From Mobula birostris (Eukaryota): a DNA stretch of 64,000 nt. The DNA is taken from the NCBI RefSeq assembly GCF_030028105.1, contig NC_092398.1, positions 23,079,649 to 23,143,648 of the forward strand, in the 5' to 3' direction. Made by a program: the position numbers and the translations under genes. The notes under the pieces are model-generated. The model made no database searches. It worked only from the letters and a program-made list of their open reading frames with translations, and had not been told where the DNA came from. Of this stretch, positions 40,601 through 52,600 are shown one piece after another (position 1 is the first letter of the stretch; each line of letters begins with the position of its first letter).

Positions 40601-43600
40601 ATAAGCCTGTACTGATCGAAGGATCAGAGGTGGAGAGGGTTAGTAACTTTGAATTCCTGGGTGTTACCATTCCAGAGAAACTGCCCTGGTCGCTGCACAG
40701 TGCAATTGCGAAGAAAGCTCAGCACCACCTCTATTTCCTTCGGAATCTGCGGAGACTCAGCATGACATCTAAAACTCTGACAAACTTCCAATAGATGTGT
40801 CGTGCAGAGTGCACTGACTGGCTGCTTCACAGCCTGGTACGGGAACACCAATGCCTTTGAACGGAAAATCCCGCAAAGGCCAGCACATCACGGGTAATGA
40901 CCTCCCAACCATCAAGCATATCTGCACGAAACGCTGTCGTAGGGAAGCAGCCAAAGTCGCTCCCCCCCCCCCCCCGGCTTTGGCCACACTCTTTTCTCGC
41001 TGCTGCCATTAGGTAGAAGGTACAAGAGCCTCAGGACTCACACCACCAGGTTCAAGAACAGTTTACTACCCCTCAACCATCAGGCTCCTGACCAAAGGGA
41101 ACTACACTCACTTGCCCCAACATTGTGATGTTCCCACAACCAATGATCTCACTCCATCTCATTATCACAGGTTCTCATTATTTATTGCTATTTATTTATA
41201 TCTGCATTTGCACTCACTGATCCTGTCATAGTTACTAGTCTATAGATTTGCTGAATATGCCCACAGGAAAATGAATCTCAGGGTTATACATAGTAACCTC
41301 TATGTATTCTGATAATAAAATTTACTTTGAACTTTTGAACTTTGAAGGCAAGCTTTTCACTCTATCTCGGTACATGTGACAATTAACCAATTCTATTTCC
41401 AAAGTTTCATGATGTATGTCAGTTATTATTAGTCTGATTCTGATTCATGACAAAAACAGCTGGTCATTGATTTCAGAAATGAGGAGGTTCAACACACACC
41501 CCCCAGTAACACAGCCAGCATAATCAAAGACCCTACCCACCCCGGACATTCTCTTTTCTCCCCCCACCCTCTCCCATCGGGCAGAAGATCGGCCTGAAAG
41601 CATGTCCCACCGGGCTCAAGGACAGCTTCCACCCTACTGCTATCAGACTATCGAACAAACCCCAAGATAAGATTCCTGGGTTCACAATCTAGCTCGTTAT
41701 GATTTACGGCAGGTAGTCAAAACTGCCCAAAGCATCACTGGCAGGAGCCTACCCTCCATCAAGGGCGTACAGAAAGGTGCCAGAGAAGGGCCGGTAACAT
41801 CATGAAGGATCCCACCCACCCTGCTGAGAGACTGTTTGTCCCACTCCCATTACAGAGGAAACTAATTGGCATCTGAGCCAGAACCACAACACTCGAAAAC
41901 ACTTACTTTCCCCAAGCAGTAAGGCTGATCAACACCTTCGGCCACTAACCCCACCCCTCCAAAACCCCCACCACTACTCCTTTGAACACTTGGACTGAAC
42001 TGTAATGAAATATGCCTCTTAATTTCGTGATTTTATATTCTGCGTTTTCGCGCTTTTTTTGGTTGCCATTTGCGCGGTGGAGGAGGGGGTTTGATGTTTT
42101 CTTTGGGTGGGTTAGTTCCAGGGTTGTTCTTGTTTCGTGACTGTCTGTGGGGAAGACGAACTTCAGGGTTGTAAACCGAAGACATACTTTGATAAGTAAA
42201 TGTACGTTGAACTTTGAACTTGATCATCTCCTGTCAGAGTCACCTTACCTAGACATTCCTGTGCCTGGCGTCACTTTATGGACAAATTATCAATCTGTGT
42301 GTAAGCTATCTTACTGTATTTATATTTATTGTATTTTTTTATTAATGTGTTCTTTATCTTATTCTGCTGTATCGGATATGGAGTATCAATTATCTTATTC
42401 TCCTTTACACTTGAGTACTGGAAATGACATTAAACAATCTCGAATCTTGCCTCTCGAGTAGCCTTGCCCGCTAGGAAGAGGTCGCCGTGTTTGTTTTCCA
42501 TTGCTCCACGGCTGCTCCTGCCTCCTCCAGAAATCCCCAGCCATGGGGGATTTCACGGGGGGGGGGGGGTGGTTGTGCTTAGAGAAGTAGTTCTTTGGTT
42601 GAGTGTTTCACAGTTTGTTTGAAAATCGATAGATGCTGGCTCGCAGTCAGGGTCTCCTGTCCCACTTCTCAAATCTTTTTTATTATGATTATTATCCAAA
42701 ATTAACAAGAGTACATCGAAGTAAGCAACACTTACAATGTCTCAAGAAAAAAAACATTTTAAAGATTGAAAAATTATTGGTGACAATAAGAAACCCTACT
42801 GAGCAAGAAAAAGTGAGGGGATCCTGTACCTTCACCTCACGCTTCCGCATTTCTTCCCTCCCCCACTGCTTGCAAAACAAAATAGTCTGAAAGTCTGAGA
42901 AATGTAAGAAGATCTCAAAGATGCTTCCAGAAGTTAATCTTTCGTTTTCATGGTGGAAATGGGAGAGAGCTGTTTCCTCAAGAGGTTTAATGGTTGGACT
43001 GAAGCTGGAATTCTATCTCAGGTGGAAGATGACATTCTGTCCTGCCTGCTGGATAGAGCCTCTTAACACTGGATGCCAGGGTCACACTTCAAATGGAGTT
43101 CCTATGGGTGGTTGGCAGTCTGTTTCTGTTACGATCGCAGAAGATTGTAGCAATTATTTGCACATTGCCTCTCACGCACTGGAGAGCGGCAAAGGTCAAG
43201 GGAGATGGTAGTATGTATCACCCAGTAACACCTGGATGGAGTTGTGAAGAATTCTAAACTTCACTCAAAGTTTACTGAGATCCCTGTGCTGCCTGACTGC
43301 TGACTGCAAGTGTTGAAGTATCTCTTCAGCTTTAGTCCTCAATGCTGGATGTGTTTTGCAACTTTGAAAATGCATGTTTCTCCCTAGTTTGGGAGATGTC
43401 CTGCAAATAATCATAATGCTGACTGCGGTTGAAGGAACTCCACAAAGAGTTCCTCATCTGGAATGGGTCGTGTTATTTTCTTTGTTCAGGACTGCCAACA
43501 GCCTTCACAGCACGACAGGGGTCGAATTCTGATAATTATTTTAACTGTACTGTATTGTAACTGCAACCTCCCTCCCTGCCTGTCCGCCAGCCAAACCAGG

Positions 43601-46600
43601 CTAACATCTGCCTTTTAAAGTAGCTCACCATTCCAAAAATCAGACCATTCATGTAAATGTTATTAGCCTGAAATAAAGATGGCATCTGATTTCAGTCTTT
43701 TAAAAAAAAAGGGAGGGGAAAAAAACCCCATTAGGTGTTCAACCCCGGAGCCATGCGTCATACAAAAAGCTTCGAAAGATAAACATCAAACTGCCAGCAA
43801 GAAAACAAAATGTACCAGAAATTTATAATTAGATCGTGGAGGAAATCTAACAATTAACTCAAATGATAATAACGAGCAAATGAACCCCATCCTTTCTCAA
43901 AAACACTCAACGGGTCTGCGAACTTGCTTCCGCGTAACAGGATGTGAAGAAGGTGTACGATATACTTGCCGTAATCAGTTGAGTACAAGAGTCGGGAGGT
44001 CACAGTGCAGCTGTGTAAAGCTCTGGGCAGGTAACATCTGGAGTGTTGTGTACAGTTCTTGTCACCTGCCCCACCACCCCTGACACAATCACAGGAAGAA
44101 CATGGAGGCTTTGGAGAAGACAGCAGAAGAGATTCACCAATACGCTGCCTGGATTAGAGAGGATGACCCATAAGGAAAGGTTGGATAAACTTGGATCATT
44201 TTCTCTGAGGACAGACCCGATAGAGGTTGATAGAAGATTATGAGAGGTAGAGATGGGGTCGACATCCTCCCCTCCATGGACTCTCTCTGCACTTTGCTCT
44301 CAGTAAAGCAGCCAGCAGAATCAAAGACCCAACCCACCCCAGACATTCTCTTTTCTCCCCTCTCCCATCAGGCAGAAGATACCACGTCCCACTAAGCTCA
44401 AGGGCAGCTTCTACCCTGCAGTATTGGACCTCTTGTATAATAAGACAGACTCCTGGCCTCACAATCTCCCTCGTTATGACCCTGCACCTTATCGTTGCCC
44501 TGCACTGCACTCTCTCTGTAGCTGCGACACTCTATTCTGCATTCTGTTATTGTTTTACCTTGTTCTACCTCAAGGCACTAGGTAATGATCTAGAATTGGG
44601 CCATTCGGTCCATCCAGCCTGTCTTGCCATTCCATCACGGCAGTGTGAATCGCTGTGGGTGAGGTGTGAGGGGAAGGGGACAGGGTGCAGTTACTCACTG
44701 CGGGAGGCCAGCACAGCCCCGGTCAGCGCGCCGCTGCTGATGGAGTTCCAGGGGTCCTCCTTGCCGCGCAGCCTCACCAGGCCGCAGTCGATGGTGGAGA
44801 AGAGGCCGCCCCACACGGCAAAGCTGCCTGAAACACAACCAGAGCCCGGGATGATTCGCCGGGGGGCAGAGGGCGGGTCACGGGTTGTGGCCGCGGAGGG
44901 CCGGGGTCGAAGGTGTTTCCTGATACAAACCCAGGCTAAACCTAGGTCAGAGGTCATGGACGTCTCAAAGTCAGGGTCAGGTCTAAAGTTACAGCTGGGT
45001 CAGGGTGTGCTGATGTAGCGGCCGGACCAGTTCAAGGGTTACAGCCAGGTTAAGGTGTGTGGATGTAGAAGTTGGGGCCAGGCCAAAGGTTACAGCTAAG
45101 TGAAGCTGTGTGGGCATAAAGATCAAGGCCAAGTCAAAGGTCCAGGGTCAGGTCAGAGGTCAGAGCCAGGTCAACAGTGACAGCTGAGTCAGGAGTATGG
45201 ATGTAGAGGTCAGGGCCAGGTCAAGGGTTAGAGCTGGGTCAGGGGCCAGGTCAGAGGTTCCAGCTGGGTTAGACTGCCAGCATGGGGTCAGGCTGGGGAA
45301 GAGGTAGCAAGTGGGAGATTCGAGCTGGTTTAAGATTTTCAGAGCACAATGTCAATGTTTCAAGTCTTGGGAGCCAAGTCAAGGCTCAGGATAAAGGTCA
45401 GAGATCTGATACAAGTCTTTGGGGGGGGGGGGGGTGGAATTGCAGGCTCAATCAGCCCTACAACACATACCTCCGATCTGAGGAGCCCGGATCCTGACGG
45501 CATTAACGCTCCCTCTTAGCCGATGCCGGACGCCCTGGGGCAGGAGACAGAGAGAGATCAGCACCGGTGGAGGAGGGTGGGGGGAAGAAACGATGAGGAA
45601 CAGCGAGAAAAGGAGAAAACGTATGTGGGGATGGAGAAGAGTGTCTATGGAAGGAGGGGGAACCAAGTGCAGGGGGCATTGGAATTGATTTGTTATTGTC
45701 ACAGGTACAGGGATACAGTGAAAAGCTTGTCTTGCACACTATTCATACAGGTCAGACCATTACACAGGGCATTGAGGTAGAACAATAACAGAATGCAGAA
45801 TAGAGTGTCACAGTTACAGAGAAAGTGCAGGTTAATGATCATAATGAGGTAGATGCGAGGTTTAGTTCGTTTCATCGTACAGGATGTCTCCTCAATAGTT
45901 TTATAACAGCGGGGTCAAAGCTGTCCCTGAGCCTGGAGGGACGTGCTTTCAGGCTTCTGTATCTTCTGCCCGATGGGAGGGGAGAAGAGAGAATGTCCGG
46001 GGTGGGTGGGGGTCGTAGACTATGCTGGCTGCTTTAGTGAGACAGAGGGAGGTGCAGACAGAGTCTATGGAGGGGAGGCTGGTTTCCGTGATGTGCTGAG
46101 CTGTGTCCACAACTCTCTGTGGTTTCTTGTGGTCTCAGGCAGAGCAGCTGCTGTGCCCAGCCGTGTTGTATCAGGGTAGATAGGATGGGACGAGGCAATG
46201 GATGGAGGGGAGCAGAGAGAACGTATGGGGTGGGTAGGGGTCTTTGGTTATGCTGAGGCAGTGAGAAGTGTGGACAGAGTCCATTGGGGGGAGGCTGGTT
46301 TCTGTGACGTGTTGACTGTCGGGAGGGCAGTGACAGCGGAGTCAGAATCAGAATCACTTTGATTATCAGTGACAGGTCGTGAAATCTGGTATTTTCCGGC
46401 GGCACCAAAACATTTTAAAAACTGCCGTGAGTTACAAAAATTAACCGAGAGTACAAGAGAGGAATAGTGAGGCAGTGTTCGTGGACCATTCAGAAATCTG
46501 ATGGTGGTGGGGGGCGGGGGGGGGGGGGAACTATTCCTGAAGCATTGAATGTGTGTCTTCAGGCTCCTGTACTTCCTGCTTGACGTACAATGAGAACCGG

Positions 46601-49600
46601 GCATGTGCTGGGTGGCGAGGGACCCTAATGATCGGTGCCGTCTTCCTGAGGCACTGCCTTGTGAACACGTCCTCGATGGTGGGGAGGGTCGTGCACGTGA
46701 TGGAACTGCCTGAGTCTGTGGCCTCGTGTATTGGCAACGTGGGGAGAGTGGGAGAGGAGAACAGAGTGTTAGCGGAGGGGGAGATAGGGGGTGTATGCAG
46801 GAGGAGAGTAGTAAGTTGGGAAAGGGGAGAGTGATGGGGAGAAGGAGAAAGGAGATAGTGGAGGGAGAGGAGACAAGAGTGTTGGCGGGAGGATGCAATA
46901 GACGGGGGAGGAGGGAGGGGAGTGTTGCCAGCAGAGAGGAATGGATGGAGAAGGACAAGGGAGTATTGGTGGGAGGGGGAGATTGGGAGAAGGGGTCGGA
47001 TGGGATAGAGTGTTGTCGATATGAGGAGAGAAGGGGGAGTGGACGAGATAGTACTGGTGGGAGGGGGAGATTGGGAGAAGGGGTCGGATGGGATGGGGGG
47101 AAGAGTGTTGCCAATACAAGGGAGAGGAGGAGTTAATGTTAGCAGGAGGGTGGAGTAGACAAGAGAGTACTGGTGGAAGGGGTTATTGGGTGAAGAGGAG
47201 ACGAACACCATTGGCAGAAGGGGTGAATGGACAGGGAGGGCAGCAGGAATTTTAAGAGGTTTGTGCTTCAAGTCTACAGTGGACGAGCCGGGGGGAGTCC
47301 CGCCAACAGAGATGCAAGAGTTGGGAGTCAGCCAGTGAGGAATTAAAGGGGATGTTGTGTTTGGGGTCCGACGGCAGGCAGCAGCTTACCACCGGCGCAT
47401 TCCTGAACCCTTTAATGGACTGGAAAATGCCTCCTCCGATGGCGCCCATGGTGAAAGCCCCCCCGCAGTCATCCACGATTCGCCAGGGGCTGCAGGGAGC
47501 AGGGACAGAGGGTGGGGAGAAGAATGCAGGGAGGGGCAAGTATTATAAAGAAGGGAATGAGAGTGATGCATTAGTGAGGTGGGAGGAGACGGCAAGAGAT
47601 GGGGGGAAGACAGGGAGGAGGGAGAGGGAAAAAAACAACAGCGGGAAAGAGGGAAGGAAGACGACCAGGAAAAGCAAGGGAAGGGGGAGTGCAGAGAGGG
47701 AAGTGACAGGGATGTCAATGTGGAAAGGGATGGGACAAGAGGGAGAGGTTAAAGGGGAAAGCGTGAGGAGGAAAGGCGAGTGGCGGAGAGAGAGGAGAGA
47801 GAAGCAAGGGGGAAATAAGAGGTTATAGGGTAAGGTGGAAGGGGGAGAGGAGGGAGAAAAGAGATCAAGGGTGAAGGGGGAAGGAGCAGAGGAGAGGGTG
47901 AAGGGCAAGGGGAGGGGGAAGCAAAGAAAATGATCGGTGAGGAATGTGACCACCAATCATCGCACAGCAGTCCCCTTCTCAACGCTCACAAGCCCTGCCC
48001 CCAAAGACACACCGGTGGACAACCCTCAGCGTCACAAACTCTCAGCCAGTCAGGCAGCCGCTGCAGAAGGAAAACAAAAGCCACAATGTACAGCACAGAA
48101 ACAGGCCCTTCGGCCCATCTAGTCTGTGCTGAACCATTTAAACTGCCTACTCCCACGAACCTGCACCAGGACCGTAGACCTCCATCCCCTTCCCATCCAT
48201 GTACTATCCAAACGCTACTTAAATGTTGAAATCGAGCTCGCATGTACTGCTGACACTGGCAACTCGCTCCACACTCTCACCACCCTCTGAGTGAAGAAGT
48301 TTCCTCTCATGGTCCCCTTAAACATTAGATTAGATTATGGGGACACGCAGTCCTCTTTTATTGTCATTTAGTAATGCATGCATTAAAAAATGATACAATG
48401 TTTTTCCAGAATATCACAGAAACACATGACAAACCGACTCAAGAACTGACAAAAACCACATGATTATAACATATAGTTACAACAGTGCAAGGCAATACCG
48501 TAATTTGATAAGAACAGACCATGGCACGGTAAAGTCTCAGAGTCTCTCGAAAGTCCCATCACCTCACGCAGACGGTGAACCTCCAGCGCCACCAACTTGC
48601 CGATGCAGCGTACTGGAAGCATCCGACCACAGTCCGACTCCGAGTCCGTCCGAAAACTTCGAGCCTCCGGCCAGCTCTCCGACACCGAGCACCATCTCTG
48701 CCGAGCGCTTCAACCCCGGCCCTGGCAACAAGCAACAGGCAAAGCCGAGGATTTGGGGCCTTCCCCTCCAGAGAATCTCGATCGCACAGCAGCAGCGGCA
48801 GCGAAACGGGCATTTCAGAAGTTTCTCCAGATGTTCCTCTGCGCTTCTTATGGCTGTCTCCATCAAATCAGGATTGTGCACGGCCCCCTAGTTAACACAT
48901 ATCGATATCATTCGGAACGGCCGTGCGCCATCTTCTCCTCCCTCCCCTTTCACCCTTAACCCATGACCTCTGGTCTGTGACGACTGGTGTCGAATTTGGA
49001 TCCAGTATTGAGACACAGACCAACTTCAAACACACAATACAGGACAACGGGGGCGGGGTCACCATAGAATAGCGGTTAGCGCGACATTATTACAGCTTGG
49101 GGCGTCGGGAGTTCAAAGGGCAATTCCGACGTCTTCTGTAATGAGTTTGTACATTCTCCTCATGACTGCATGGTTTCCTCCGGGTGCTCCAGTTTCCTCC
49201 CACAGTGCAAAGACGGACCAGTTAGTAGATTAATTGGCCATTGCAAATTGTCCCGTGATTAGGCTGGGGTTAAATTGGTGGGTTTCTGGGTGGCGCAGCT
49301 CGCTGGGCTAGAAGGGTAGTTCCGTGCTGCAATTAAATGGGAACCCACGACATAGGGCTGAATTAATCAAACCCCCGGGGAGCATGGGGTGTCCAGGGAG
49401 GGGAAGCACCTCTGGTGGCGGGGAGGGGGCTTGCCATGTCCATTCCAGGGCAGCTGACTCACCTTGGCTCCCCACCAGACACTCGTCTCTCAGCTGGAGC
49501 TCCAAGTAGCTGTTTGCATGCGACAGCAGCCACATCCCGGTATGCCACTTCGACAGGGATGGGCTAAACCAGGTGAGGGTAGCCAGCGCGCCTCATCCCC

Positions 49601-52600
49601 TGGTGAGGTAGAGACATGACTGTCCTAGCACGCGAAGTCAGCTCCAGCAGACTGGCAGATGAGCTCTACAGTGATATCCAATGGCCAGGAAGGCTGGGAA
49701 CGCTCCGTGGACAGCAAAGGGCATTTCAAAGCACAGGAGACATCATGGTCATCCACTGCAACCAGGGAAGACCCCAGTTTGTGACATTTGTTCATACCTC
49801 TAGACCCCGACCCGAGGCCAAGAGAGTGGATTACCCCAGAGCAACAGCTATTCCACTTTAAAAACTCTCCCGCTCAGATTTCCTGTCATCGTCAGACATG
49901 ACAGACAACCACCACAATTAAAAACCTAATTAAACTCATTCTTTCTCCTACACAGGGTCTATATCTTTCCATTCTCTGCACACTCAGGGGAAGAGCCATG
50001 AAATAATGTTGCAGCTCTGTCAAACCCTGGTTAGACCACACGGAGTATTGCGTTCAGCTCTGGTCGCCTCATTATGGGAAGGATGTGGGAGCTTTAGAGA
50101 AGGTGCAGGGGGGATTTACCAGGATGCTGCCTGGATTGGAGAGCCCGTATTCTGAGGATAGGTTGAGCGAGCTGAGCCTTTTCCCTCTGGAGCGAAGGAG
50201 GATGAGAGGTGACTTTGTGTACAAGATGATAAGAGGAGAGAAAGCTTCCTATAGTGAGGGAGTATAGGGCCAGAGGGCACAGCCTCAGAATAGAAGGACG
50301 TCCCTTTAGATCAGAGATGAGGAGGAATCTCCTTATAACTAGTAAATTAAACATCTAACTAATCTATTTCTTTCTGCCTACACAATGTCTACCTTGATAC
50401 ATCTATGTGTCTGTCCGGTGGTCGTCCATGGTCCAACGTTGACAGGAAACCTGTGTGGAGAGTTTTCAAAGTGGCAAAACCATTGCACTGGGCAGTTTCA
50501 CTCTCGAACTCAGAAGTCTGAGTCCAATAGTCCAAACAAGTGTCACAAACTAGGGTCTTCTTTGGTTACAGCAGATGACCAGGCCGTCTATTGCGCTCTC
50601 CAAGGAGCATTGCAGTATCGCCTTCCTAGCCATTGGAGATCACTGTAGATCTCATCGGCCCAGTCCGCAGGCATGTCCCTAGAAAGGGGCTGCTGGCTAC
50701 CCGAAGCGGTACAACGGGGTGCGGCCGCAATCACATGCAGACAGCCACTTGGATCCCCAGGTGAGAGCTGAGCGTCTGCTGGGGACCAAAGGTGAGGGAG
50801 CTGCCCTGGAATGGACACAAGCCCCTTCACCAGAGGTGCAACCCCTACTAGGACACCCCATGTACCCTTAACAGTCTTAAACATCTCCATCCCATCTGCC
50901 TCCACCACCACTCCTGGCAGTGCATTCCAGGCACCCACCACATAAAAGCACTTGTCCCACACATCTCCTTTGAACCTGTGCCCACTTATATTAAATGCCC
51001 TCTGACATTAGACAGTTTGACCTTGGGAAACAGACACTGGCTCTCTACTGTATCTATGCCTCCACTAATCTTATAGCCTCACTGTTCCACAAAATAAAAA
51101 TGGGTCTATTAATAAGATTATAGAGGACACAGTGATGGGTGGATTAGCAAGTTCCCGATGACTGCACAATCGGTGGAGCCGTGGAGAGCATAAAGAGCTT
51201 TAGAAAACATATACACATCAGTGACACGAGAGATTCTGCAGACGCTGGAAATCCACAGCAACATACGCAAAGTGCTGGAGGAACCTGCAGCATCTCTAGA
51301 GGGGAATAAACAGTCAACATCTCGAGCCGAGACTCTTCATCAGGGACATTGATCAGTTGCAGATATGGGCAGAGAAATGGGAGATTGGAGTTTAACTGGG
51401 CAATGTTCAAAGTAAATTTATTATCGACGTACATATTTTGACATTCTGAGATTCATTTTTTTTACAGGCATACTCCGTAAGTCCGTGACAGAATCAATGA
51501 AAGACTGCACCAACAAAGACTGACAAGTGAGCAATGTGCAAAAGTTGACAAACTGTGCAAATACAAAAAAAAGACCAATAAATAACTAATACTGAGAATC
51601 TGAGTTCTGGAGTCCTTGAAAGAGTGTCTATAGAGGTTGTGGGAACATTTCAATAATTGGGCAAGTGAAGTTAACCCCTTCGGTTCAAGAGCCTGATGGT
51701 TGAGGGGTAATAACTGTTGGGGTGTATTCTGGAGTTATGGTTTATAACAAATACCAATCTTAATAGCAGCCAGTCTCCAGACCTTAACATGGATTGTAGA
51801 TTGAATTTAAACCGCAACTCAGAACAAAGCTGCATTTTGGGGAAACATTCCACTTAACCTGAGATGTCTGCATTTGCATGAATGCAACCCAGAGTCAGTG
51901 GGAATTAACATTCATTCTGGGTATCTGGAGTGTGGGTGTGAAGATGGATATGGCTGAAAATTATATGTAATTCAAAGGAAGCATTGTAGATACGTTGTAA
52001 CTATCAAATTGTCCTACCGCTATCTTTGATCTTTAACAGATGAAAATGTCGTGTAACATTTCAGATGAGCAGGCCCCTTCTTCCAAGAGTGTCTCAATAT
52101 GATGCCTGGTGCTCATTTCGCTGAATAAACTTCTATATCCACTAGCTTCAGTGTCTCGCTGGTGACTTCGTTCACACTTACAACAATAATTATTCCTGAA
52201 CCTGGACGTGTGAGTCCTGAGGCTCCTGTACCTCCTTCCTGGTAGCAGCAACGAGAAGGTGAGAGTGTGAGATGTTGTATTTTGGGATGCAAAGCACAAG
52301 GGAAAAGCATCAGTCAACAGTAGGAGTCGTTACAGCACTGAGGAACAGAGGGACGTTGGGGTCCAGGTCCACAGCTCCAAGTAAATCGAGTAGGAGAGGG
52401 TAAATGTTACAGTAATCTTCACTGGTCAGAGCAATGGGTATAACAGTAAGGATATCACGTTGCAGCTGTATACAGCTTTGGTAGACCACACTTAAAGAAT
52501 TGCGTACAGTTATGCCTGCCCTGTTACGAGAAGGATGTGGAGGCTTTTGAGAGGATGCAGAAGAGGTTCACCAGGATGCCGCGTGGATTAGAGAGTGTGA

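Larger units (their letters stand above)
38500..41345 (+). mobile_element. Degenerate Rex1/Babar-type LINE carrying nested insertions
   Basis: [29 protein letters not shown] and [11 protein letters not shown]; tail tttgaacttttgaactttgaa. Confidence 0.8.
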
